DNA of 64,000 nucleotides, taken from contig NIVC01001673.1 in assembly GCA_002269645.1 (NCBI GenBank), positions 62,001 through 126,000 on the forward strand, read 5' to 3'. This DNA is from Macrostomum lignano. Lineage: Eukaryota. Both the position numbers and the translations under genes were made by a program. Positions 53,280 to 64,000 of the stretch are shown in pieces; positions within the stretch are counted from its first letter, which is position 1, and every line of letters starts with the position of its first letter. Below the pieces are notes generated by a model. It ran no database searches. It was not told the DNA's origin and saw only the letters and a list, made by a program, of their open reading frames with translations.

Positions 53280-55720
53280 ATGTGTGTGTGATCGATTTTA
53301 GCAAAAGTGGCTCAACCGATTTTGTTTGAACTTGCACTGTTCGATCAGAAATTTTTCCGTGACGGTACATGCATCATGGCTAAGAAATTACTCGATGCTA
53401 AAGGGATTAAATATTCGAAAAACATGCTTTTTTGCAAAGGTCAAGCAGCTATTTCGACTTGAAACGCACTGTAAAAATGCTAGAGAAAAAACTGACTGGT
53501 TGAATTCTGATTCTGAAATAGATTGCATCACAGTACACTTTATTTATCGTCTGTGTACTGGCTGAATTTGACACTCAATTGAATTGCGTCACAGCTTTGA
53601 GTGTGAAAGCATAGTGCAGTACTGAATTTATATTACGTAACCATATTGTTAGCTTTCATAGACACTGGTACTGACTTGCCTAAGAAATTGATTATGTCAT
53701 AACTGCTTCGTGACTTTTTACTCTACCTGACTTTGTGTGAGTGTTGAATTATATAAGTGGTACAAATTCACTGATAACTTAGATGAGAGCTAGCCTACAG
53801 CTGAACAGACCAGACTGCTAATGCAGCGACCTGGGTTCGAGTCTAAGTAGTTTAAAAGTAGTAGTGTAAAATTTTTTATTAAAAGCTTTTATTAAAGGAC
53901 TAAATAAAAACACTTAGATTACTGCACTCGATAAGCTAAGGATTATTGCTCTTGGCAAACCAAGGATTACTGCACTCAAGAAGCCAAGGATTATTGCTAA
54001 TAATAAACCAAGGATTAATGCACTTGATTAATCAAGGATTATTGCCATTAATAAACCAAGGATTACTGCACTCAATAAACCAAGGACTATTGCTCTTGGC
54101 AAACCAAGGATTACTGCACTCGATAAGCCATGGATTATTGCTATTAATAAACCAAGGATTACTGCACTCGATAAGCCAAGGATTATTGCTATTAATAAAC
54201 CAAGGATTACTGCACTCGATAAGCCATGGATTATTGCTATTAATAAACCAAGGATTACTGCACTTGGCAAACCAAGGATTAATGCACTCGATAAGCCAAG
54301 GATTATTGCTATTAATAAACCAAGGATTACTGCACTCAATAAACCAAGGACTATTGCTCTTGGCAAACCAAGGATTACTGCACTTGATTAATCAAGGATT
54401 ATTGCTATTAATAAACCAAGGATTACTGCACTCGATAAGCCAAGGATTATTGCTATTAATAAACCAAGGATTACTGCACTCGATAAGCCATGGATTATTG
54501 CTATTAATAAACCAAGGATTACTGCACTCGATAAGCCAAGGATTATTGCTATTAATAAACCAAGGATTAATGCAACCCGAACCAAGGATTACTGCACTCG
54601 ATAAGCCATGGATTATTGCTATTAATAAACCAAGGATTACTGCACTCGATAAGCCAAGGATTATTGCTATTAATAAACCAAGGATTACTGCACTCGATAA
54701 GCCAAGGATTATTGCTATTAATAAACCAAGGATTACTGCACTCGATAAGCCATGGATTATTGCTATTAATAAACCAAGGATTACTTACTGCACTTGGCAA
54801 ACCAAGAATTACTGCACTCGATAAGCCATGGATTATTGCTATTAATAAACCAAGGATTACTGCACTCGATAAGCCATGGATTATTGCTATTACGAGCTCG
54901 TAATAAACCAAGGATTACTGCACTCGATAAGCCAAGGATTATTGCTATTAATAAACCAAGGATTACTGCACTCGATAAGCCATGGATTATTGCTATTAAT
55001 AAACCAAGGATTACTTACTGCACTTGGCAAACCAAGAATTACTGCACTCGATAAGCCATGGATTATTGCTATTAATAAACCAAGGATTACTGCACTCGAT
55101 AAGCCATGGATTATTGCTATTAATAAACCAAGGATTACTTACTGCACTTGGCAAACCAAGAATTACTGCACTCGATAAGCCATGGATTATTGCTATTAAT
55201 AAACCAAGGATTACTGCACTCGATAAGCCATGGATTATTGCTATTACGAGCTCGTAATAAACCAAGGATTACTGCACTCGATAAGCCAAGGATTATTGCT
55301 ATTAATAAACCAAGGATTACTGCACTCGATAGCCAAGGATTACTGCGCTTGATAAGCTTGGCTACATGTATAGGATTATTTCTATCCAGGGATGCTTGTT
55401 ATTTAGGGATTCTTGCTATGTGCAAGATGCTTGCTATCTGGAAGGATGCTTCTTCATTATTTGGAGGATGCTTGCTATCTGCAAGATGCTTGCTATCTGC
55501 AAAATGCTTGCTATCTGCAGATGCTTGCTATCTGGGTGGATGCTTGCTAGGAGTATTAGGGGATGCTTGCTATCTGGGTGGATGCTTGCTAGGAGTATTA
55601 GGGGATGCTTGCTACTGGGGGGATGCTTGCTGTCTTGGGAATATTTTCTATTTAGGGGTAATGACTGTGATCTTTGTGAAAGCTATATTTTCTTGTCTGT
55701 TTATTAATTTTACCAATCTT
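53280..55720 (+). mobile_element. Same element family, copy 2 (inverted relative to copy 1), with a 24/48-bp array (53930-55340) and a gatgcttgctatctg array (55340-55640)
   Basis: 53310-53850 is a diverged reverse complement of 50370-50850, including the tRNA-like head 53786-53850. Confidence 0.65.
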
Positions 55721-56149
55721 GTTGGCGAAGCCTTCTGCAAAAACATCTTAGTTCTTATCCTTTTGACTATAGCTTTGAACTGTTCTGTCTTTATTCGATA
55801 ATTCGTTGGAAATTAATAAAGACGATATTGTTCAGTTTAATAGACTAATTTAATTTAATTTAAAACAAATTTATTGTGTCATAACTGCTTCGTGTTAGTA
55901 GTAGTAGTAGCAGCGATTGTTTTAATCAACTCGAATGATTGCATTAGGTCCAATTTCATTTCAGTCAGAACTTAGTATGCATGATTCTCTCAGATTCCAT
56001 TTTGCTAATACGTGTATTCGATTTTTCGTTGCAAATTAATAAAGACGATATTAAACAAGAAAGGGTAACACATTTTCTTTTCAAGATATTTTATTCTCAA
56101 ATAAGATTTATTTAAGAAATCTTAAATAAGCATAAGCAGGCTGCTGCTG

Positions 56150-56556
56150 TCACTTGTGCTTGTCCGAGTTGTCCGGCCGTTGCTTGTGCTGCTGCTGTTG
56201 CTGCTTCTCCTGTTGCTCCTGCTGCTGTTGCTGCTGTTGCTGCTTCTCCTGGCGGACGTAATTATGTAGTGAATTGCATGTCGCCACTTTGTGGTTGCCT
56301 CCGCAGAAGTAACAGGCCACAGCTATGAAAGGAAGTAAGGATGGTTAAATTGTTAATTTTAGAATAAAAACAGTATGTTTAATTGGTTGGCGATTGATTG
56401 GTTTGTTTGCTGCTCAGAGTCAAGAGGAAGAAAGAAAGCAAGTTCTAGGAGGTTGGTGATTAAATGATAAAGTAGTAACCCACAATACGTGCAATACTTA
56501 CGTTTTCGGGGATGGCGCGGGCGGCGCTGTTGACTCTCTACGATAGTTACTTTCAT
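56150..56556 (-). CDS. Predicted 75-aa CCHC zinc-knuckle plus polyQ micro-protein; exons 56556-56502 and 56322-56150
   Basis: MKVTIVESQQRRPRHPRK-P-VACYFCGGNHKVATC...QEKQQQQQQQQEQQ; donor C|GTAAGT, acceptor TTTCATAG, matching phase 1; AATAAA ~60 nt after the stop. Confidence 0.65.
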
Positions 56557-56646
56557 TGAGTATGTTAAATATGTAATCCAAATATACTGAATAAATTTAT
56601 TACTTTTGCTTTTTGGATATCTTAAGTTGGCGTAGAGTAAGAATCT

Positions 56647-56679
<33 letters not shown>

Positions 56680-57579
56680 CAAAACTTTCTGGGGTGGGTT
56701 GGTGCTGGCCCAACCCGATTGGCCGTTTCGTGTGGGGATTAGCCACTCAGGGCTGAGGTGGACAAATGAAGCTAAGCAAGAGTGACGGCAGTGGCTGGAC
56801 GGGTTGGGGCTGAGCTATGCACGGCTTAGGGGTGAAGCTCACACTGGTCAGAGAGAAGGGTGAGAGCGCAGTTTTGGTTGGGTGACTTAAGCCAAGCTGG
56901 GCCTGGGGAGATTGAATCAAAACCAGTTTGAAGCGGTAAACAACACAGAATACCCCTGCACTTTTTAGTTGTTGCTACTTTCTTAGCCATTGCAATGACT
57001 CAGGTGTAAACTCCGGGGTTATGGTTGATTGCAAGTAAGAATTAGGAGGGGTGGTGGAGGTAGGCGCGAGATTATAGAGCTAATGAGACGGCGGGTACAA
57101 ACAGAGAAAAGAATAAGAAGACTGAATTAGATAGAGAAGGGTGAGAAAATGGAGTAAGCACAGACAAGTTCAGATGAACTGGATAAATGACTAAGAAAGT
57201 TTATGCTGCTTTTCATGAGTGTGAAAAACGATAAGTCGCAGACAACGAGGGGTTGGTCGTGGGAGTTCAATTAGCGTCGTGTGATCACGCCACAAGGTCC
57301 AGAGTCCACCCACCCCAGCCGATTTAGTCTGGAAACGAAGAGATTGCACAGGGAGGGAGGGTTATCTGTGTTCTGATTGGCTGTTTAGTTGTGTGGGGTT
57401 GACTGCTGGTGATTGGGGTGTGGGCTTGACTATTTAAATCGAAATGTATTGCAAACTGTGAGTTTAACCTGCTATTTCTACTGAAGTATTTTGCACTGCA
57501 ACATTTCTAGAAGCTGTTTCTATTTTCTAAGTTTTGTTTCTACTTTGTTAAAACTGTTAAACTGAACAACTAAGCTACA
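56557..57579. promoter_or_regulatory. Candidate bidirectional promoter region
   Basis: Lies between divergent genes; CCAAT-type boxes (ctgattggc ~57373, gtgattgg ~57410) and TATA-like tatttaaat ~57431. Confidence 0.35.
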
Positions 57580-59128
57580 ATGGCGTCTACAATCACCAAG
57601 AAGATTAAGGCAAAAATCTCTGGCCTGAAACTGGGCTACATGAATGCAGCGGTTACTGGCCTTGTAACCGATTTGAAGGAGATCAGGTCCTACATGAAGA
57701 ACGACGTCCGAGGCGAAGTTTTTTCATTCGTCTTGGTAGACGACTCGGCTGAGATGAGTCAGCGTTTTCGGCAAGGACCTGCGGTCTATTTGAGAAGTTT
57801 GCAATACTTCCGATGCTGTTCGGATAGCCGGCGGAATGGTAAAGACTTCGGATCCGAGATACAACAGCACGAATAATCCTATGGAGGTGTCTCTTTCTGT
57901 TGACTCCAAGGGATCAATATTTCGAAGCAATGAAGTTCCGACTGTTAGTGAACGGGCGTGTAACTATACGCGAATAAGCGACCTTCAAAACGTACGCCTG
58001 CAAGAGTGAGTTGCATTGTATCTATACTTGTATTTATTGTATAGACACAGTATACAATATTATTATATGTAAAATAGACATAATAGTATAGAATATTGGA
58101 AAATAGAGAATTGTATAGGCAATTGTGTAGCACTGTAGTGTATGTTCGGCTTTTATAAATTATTTTGACTAGATTAGCAATCTATTGTATGCCTTCATTC
58201 CTTGATGTTGGCTAGACTAGCAGTCCATTATATTCATTCGTCTATTGATGTAGGTAGGAATAGGATTCAAATGAACTTCAAAAGGCGTTTTTGAGGTTTT
58301 TAAAGACTTTTAAAACTGTCCCCTCTGTATTGCCTTTTATTAGAAATGTCGATGTCCTTGGAGCAATCGACACACTGCAGCCGCCCGAGGAAGTCCTGAC
58401 GAAGACTGGGAAGCGGATAAACGTAGCCAAAGTGACTATTGTTGACCAGTCCTGTCGTTCTGTCTCCTGCACATTTTGGGGGTCGTCCTCCGATCAAGCT
58501 GTCAACTGGAGTGTCGGCGACATTTTGTCGATACGACGAGCAAAAGTACAAGAGTACGCTGGCGCTGTTGTACTTGGATGTACTTGCTCTGAAGTTCGGC
58601 TCAAATTGGACGACACCGAGGTTACGACTTTGACTGACTGGTACACGAATGCTAAGCAGAGCGATACTGAGTTTCAACCTCTGGGTGCTCCGTGTCCATC
58701 AGGCGCGGTCGGCGGCTCTTCTGACCAAAGGGGAAGCAACAGGCGAGTTGTTATGCAACTACCGGTGTCGCACGAATCCTTCCGGGATATAGACGAAATT
58801 GTCTTGGACTTTGGAGAAGGAATAAAGGTGCGCGTGTTCATTGTACATGTAACTTATTTAATGTTTAGTATCTTTATGTAGTACAGATCTATTCACTCAT
58901 AAATTGCGACAGTATTGTATATTACTCGGTCAAGAATGTATAAAATTCAGTTTTAAGCAAACTTGTAAATTTTTGTTTATTAATCTTACCTTTCTACAGA
59001 AACTATACAGACTGGTGCCGTCTGGTGAGAGCCAATTCGAGTCAACACGAATCGACTGGAGTACGCAGGCTGATGAAACAAGCAGAATGTCATGCGAAGA
59101 TTTCTCTGGCAGTTCAAGAAATCAGTGA
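57580..59128 (+). pseudogene. RPA70-like two-OB-fold gene; exons 57580-58005, 58344-58827, 59000-59128; frameshift near 57757 and in-frame TGA at 57791-57793
   Basis: OB1: GEVFSFVLVDDSAEM.VSVFG...IAGGMVK; linker VPTV..YTRISDL; OB2: VDVLGAI...VTIVDQSCRSVSCTFWG...DILSIRRAKVQEY...LTDWY; donors GTGAGT and GTGCGC in consistent phase. Confidence 0.8.
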
Positions 59129-59329
59129 GTTATTGAAGCACATGTGTTGAAAAGCCATCATAAGTAAATTTTAGCATGAAAAAAGAATTGCTACCTTGGC
59201 CCTACATGCTAAAATTCCTGCTGCATTGGCACTGGCATGAATATGAAGTACCTTTAGTTTGGGTGCGTAAGTCAAAATTGGAGACTGAAATTTAGGATAT
59301 GGGTATCCCTTCCACAGTGCATTCTAGCA

Positions 59330-59600
59330 ATCCCTTCCACAGTGCATTCTAGCAATCCCTTCTACAGTGCATTCTAAGAATCTCTTCTACAGTGCATTCT
59401 AAGAATCCCTTCTACCTTTGAATTCTAATAATCTCTTCTACAGTAGGAATCTCTTCTGCAGTGCATTCTAAGAGTCTCTTCTACTGTGCTAATGGGATTT
59501 CTGAGAATTTCAGCTATTGGGATTTCTGAGAATTTCAGCTAATGGGATATCTGAGAATGTCAGCTAATGGGATTTCTGAGAATTTTAGCTATCTTCTTTA
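59330..59600. repeat. Two short 25-bp tandem arrays in opposite orientation
   Basis: tgcattctaagaatcccttctacag units, then gctaatgggatttctgagaatttca units. Confidence 0.6.
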
Positions 59601-62169
59601 GAACATTAAGGATGAGGTGTTACATTATCGCAGGGTGTATTTTTGCCATTGCCAATGTTGATAGCAGGCTGGCTGCAGACGTGCTGGGCCTGACAGAGAG
59701 TTGGTTGAAATGGACATTTTGCTGCTTTGTATGTCTCTGGTAGATTTCTTCCACTCTAATACGTGGGCCAATCCAGAAGTTCATGGTAATTACCCGTGCA
59801 TTTGTGCAGATTAAGGAAGGGATTTTGTTATGTCTGCCCGTTGAATAGAATTTGAATTCTACTAATTTGTGAAATTATTGGACTGATTTTCCAGGCGATA
59901 TGGAAATTCAATCAAATAATGTTCTGATTGTGGGTTGAGCCGGAGAAAGTCGTAATAGTTGGATGATAAAAGCTCAATAAGAGTCCTGTCCCAAAGCGAT
60001 AGGAAAATTCTGATTGATTTTCTGATTGAGGGGTTGAGCCAGAGACAGTCTTGATAGTTCAGTAAGAATCCTGTCCATATTCTGCTGAGGGGTTCGGCCA
60101 GAGAGTCTGGTAGTGCGGTGAGAGAAGCTCAAATTGGCAGCTTTTTGTGGTGGGAGAAATTTTCTGATTGCATGAACTTTTGGAATGGCCCTCGTACATG
60201 CAAATGCAGCCAGAGGGGGTTTGAAGCAGCCTTTGCAAACCCCAGATAGTCTGTTGTGATGGCTTTAACTCTGCCGAAGCCAGTCCCAAGCCTGGTTGCA
60301 AAAAGAGGAGGGTTGCAAACTGTTCTTACATGCTCATTAGTAATGCCTGAAGTTTACATGCCCCAAGTGAATGCCTCTGTCCAGCTGTGCAGACTAAAGC
60401 AAGCCAACAAGTGGTAAGATTGACACCAATGAAAAATTCGTAACAGAATTTGTGCAATGGTACCATCTTGTTGGCAAAGCCTTCTGCAAAAACATCTTAG
60501 TTCTTATCCTTTTATGACTTTGCAATTGTAAATATACGGAGTAAATAAAATGACTACTTGCATTTGATTGCGTTTTTAAATTTGCTATTAATATTACAGT
60601 GCAGAGTTTTTCTTGTTTTCGTCTGAATACGCAGAGGAAAGGATTATTGAGTACTAATTAACTGGAGACTGCTCCCTAATTTGTGACTGTAAAGAAGAAT
60701 GAAAAATTTAGAAAATTTTATATACTAAAATATTTATTGTCAGCCATTCTGATTTTTTGTTAGTTAGATTGCTTCAAATGTACAGGTTTGGGTGTGTGAT
60801 CAATATGGTAGCTGCAGGTTGCAGTGTTTTACATGTACTTAAAGTATATGTAGTTATGAGCGTAGTATATACTTTGTTGTACTTGTTTCCGCTAATGACT
60901 GACTGCGCCCCTCTCCACCGGCTGGGACGCAAATGAAGAAGTTATTCCGACACTGTACGTTGCTAAGTACACTGGCGTGTCCCCCCTGGGGGAATGGGTA
61001 GGCGTATATGATAGTGCAGTCTTGTCAGGCAGCTAGAAAAGTTTGGTTGAGAATTTTTTAACAAGCCTCTTTACTGGGGCGCCAACGATGTCGAATTTTT
61101 TCCAAAGCGCAGTACATGCTAAGTACACTGGCTTATGCCCCCTATTCCCTATTATCTGGGGTAATGAGAGTGAAAGCGGCCCAAGCACAGGTTCGTTTTT
61201 ATTACGTTAAAAATCTATACATTAATCACACACTTGTTTCCGCAGTTAAGGAATCGATCAAGTGGAGTTGAATATGTCGATGAAGAATTTAGTGTAGGAG
61301 TCGCACAGATATATTGCATCAGTTAACCAGAGCTGCGAATCCATGTATTTCAAAGTTGTATGCATGATTTGTAAAATGGGTCAAACCAAAGTCGTAAAAT
61401 AACTTACATGTGGACGAAAAACTGCTAGAAAACTACAAGTTCCTAGAGTTGAGTGGCAAGTGACTTAAAATAAAATTGCGTTTTAATTACCGTATGAGAG
61501 AATAAAGATGAAAAGGGTTGGGAGCACATGCAAACTGCAAAAAAGAACTGTAGCTAAAAGGAAATTAGGCTGTGGGAAAATATTGGCTATTTGAGTCGCA
61601 ATTTTAAAAGTACAAATTTAAGTAAATAAATTTAAAAGTACAAAATCTAAATTACGGAAACAATACTTTTAGCAAGTCAAACCAATTAATTATACGTCAT
61701 TGTACTAGGCAATATCCACTATCAAATAACCACACTGGCTCCAAATACAATAACATTGTCGACACAATGTTTGTATGTAACCGTTAAAACAGTTAAGAGC
61801 AGACATCATTAAAATTGGTGCAACGCCAGTGACTCCCTGCATGATAGGCAACTGTTGCCTTTGGCCTTTGGGAAACAAATTTTTTTTAGCTGTAGTTGCT
61901 TTTCCAGTCGTTGCAGAGCGTACTGCTTGCACCGCAACAGAAGTAGTACGCTATTGCTCTGAAAGAAGGCAAGTAGGTTGAATTGTCAGTTTTAAAATTC
62001 TAAACAAGCATGTTTTATTGGTGCATAAGCCCCAGAATTAAAATGAGAATTCGATTCCTAGCCCCCTCCCTAAGAATTCTTTTAATTTTAAAGGATTCGT
62101 CCCTTGCTAATTGGCCACCCCGAAGGGGGGCACTAGATTGCTAGTTTTTTCTGAAATCAATCGCATAGC

Positions 62170-63230
62170 TACATACATACAAACAACTCATTTTTAGTAT
62201 ATAGGATAGCAATCTTTGCCCCCCGTTGGGGGACATCTGGATAGAATCTCTGTTCTCTACAAGTAACAAAAAGACAGCCAAATAAAGCCCTCACAAAGAC
62301 GACAGACAAACTGCTCAAATAAAGTGTAATGCAAAAAGAAATCATCCCAAGACAACAAGCATCCCTCAGATAGCAAGCATCCCCCAGATTGCAAGCATCC
62401 GCCAGATAGCAAGCATCCCCCAGATAGGAAGCATCCCCCCTCCCGGATAGCAAGCATCCCCAAATAGTAAGCATCCACCATACAATAAGTAGCTAGTGCT
62501 ACAATTTCCTTAGCTCTATAGTGGCTCCTTTAAAATTGGCATGACGCTTACTTTTACGTTTGAAATTGTGTAAATTTTATGTTTGACATGGTGGCTCTTT
62601 AATGTCTGACATGGTGGCTCTTTAATGTTTGACATTATGGCTCTTTAATGTTTGACATGGTGGCTCTTTTATGTTGGACATGGTGGTTCTTTTATATTCG
62701 ACATAGTGGCTCTTTTATGCTTGACATGGTGGCTCTTTACTGTTTGACATGGAGTCACATATATGTTTGACATGGTGGCTCTTTTATGTTTGACATGGTG
62801 GCTCTTTAATGTTAGACATGGTGGCTCTTTAATGTTCGACATGGTGGCTCTATAATGTTAGACATGGTGGCTCTTTAATGTTAGACATGGTGGCTCTTTA
62901 ATGTTCGACATGGTGGCTCTTTAATGTTTGACATGATGGCTCTTTTATGTTTGACATGATGGCTCTTTTATGTTTGACATAGTGGCTGTTTTGTGTTTGA
63001 CATGGTGGCTGTTTTATGTTTGACATGGTTGCTCTTTTATGTTCGACATGGTGGCTCTTTAATGTAAGACATGGTGGCTCTTTAATGTTTGACCTGGTGG
63101 CACCTTAATGTAATGATAGCTCTTTTATGTTTGACATGGTGGCTCTTTTATGTTTGACATGGTCGCTCTTTTATGTTTGACATAGTGGCTCTTTACTGTT
63201 TGACATGGAGTCACATATATGTTTGACATT
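62170..63230 (-). mobile_element. Same element family, copy 3 (partial)
   Basis: 62460-62580 aligns to 49175-49290; gacatgg array 62580-63230; cagatagcaagcatc array is the reverse complement of 55340-55640. Confidence 0.65.
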
Positions 63231-64000
63231 GTCCAGAAGACACAGCCTGGCGCAATGACAAACTCAACTGGCCATTATTTAAGCTTTAACAGACGTTTGA
63301 ACCATAGACGATTAGTTCAAGTATTCATATATTAACTGGCATAAGGGAATAATGTTCACAGTAATGACAATCATAACAATAGTAATATTAGTGAGAAGAA
63401 AAATGATAGTCAAAACTATTTAGCCACAAAACTATTTAGCAGAAAACGCGCCTAACACAAAAACAACATAGTAGTCGTAGTCTGTTCATCAGAAGTTGCT
63501 CATTAAAAATGAAATGTGCAATCCTTGAAGTGGCAATTCTCGAAAAACCGAACTGCACTTTCCGAATCCATCCGACCTGCAGATTAATGGGTATTGTAAA
63601 AAATTCACAGTTTCTATATAACCAATAGTATAGCCGCTAATTTACTTACAACTTAATGTACATGTACTTACCATGCTTCATCCGCGTCTCCTGTCTCACG
63701 TCCACTGAAGCATAGGAGGAGGCAGCTCCGGCAAGTCTCCAGAATCAGCCAGTGGATCTTCGAGCCACTTGATAAATGAACTCAATTCTACATCCTGTTG
63801 ATGCTCCTTTGCACTTAGCTCGGATAGTAGTTCTAACTCATATCTAGATACTCCGTTAAGGCTGTCCACGGGAAGATGCAACCAATTGATAAGCGCCATA
63901 GCCGAAAAAAGAAAAGACAGCTCTGTTAATCCTCGATCTCGACTATCTCTACTTCTCGTCAGCTCAAGCCTATCATCAGCTTATTCATTTATATTCTATG

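Noticed and set aside
53946-55257. 292-aa LRR-like ORF (LLLINQGLLHSI)n and neighbours
   Set aside because: Translation of the 24/48-bp tandem array
63696-63899. 67-aa ORF at the window end
   Set aside because: Short, no motif, and the nearby donor-like site is separated by stops; needs the adjacent window

Overview
Eukaryotic (animal) genomic DNA. GC-rich exons with minisatellite-filled introns suggest a Macrostomum-like flatworm; this is inference, not verified. Left part (1-25.3 kb): four spliced host genes reconstructed by hand, namely an F-box/LRR gene (-), RNA Pol II subunit RPB3/POLR2C (-), PCMTD1-like (+) and an S10 serine carboxypeptidase (-), plus MITE, foldback and Tc1 remnants. 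Middle part (26.7-49.2 kb): a nested mobile-element block. An EGFR/InR-type receptor fragment is joined to a Mag-like Gypsy retrotransposon. The Gypsy gag is interrupted by an RTE-like LINE carrying a 2A-like NPGP motif, and its RT is interrupted by a 992-bp solo LTR. Directly after it lies a ~12.9-kb Polinton/Maverick-type endogenous virus with pPolB, adenain-like protease, packaging ATPase, major and minor capsid proteins and several orphan ORFs, but no integrase in the window. Right part (49.2-64 kb): three copies of a tRNA-headed, Helitron-like non-autonomous element with copy-specific minisatellites. They surround a head-to-head pair of a 75-aa zinc-knuckle/polyQ micro-gene, missed by the ORF track, and a disrupted two-OB-fold RPA70-like gene. 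Many long ORFs in the supplied track are tandem-repeat artefacts.
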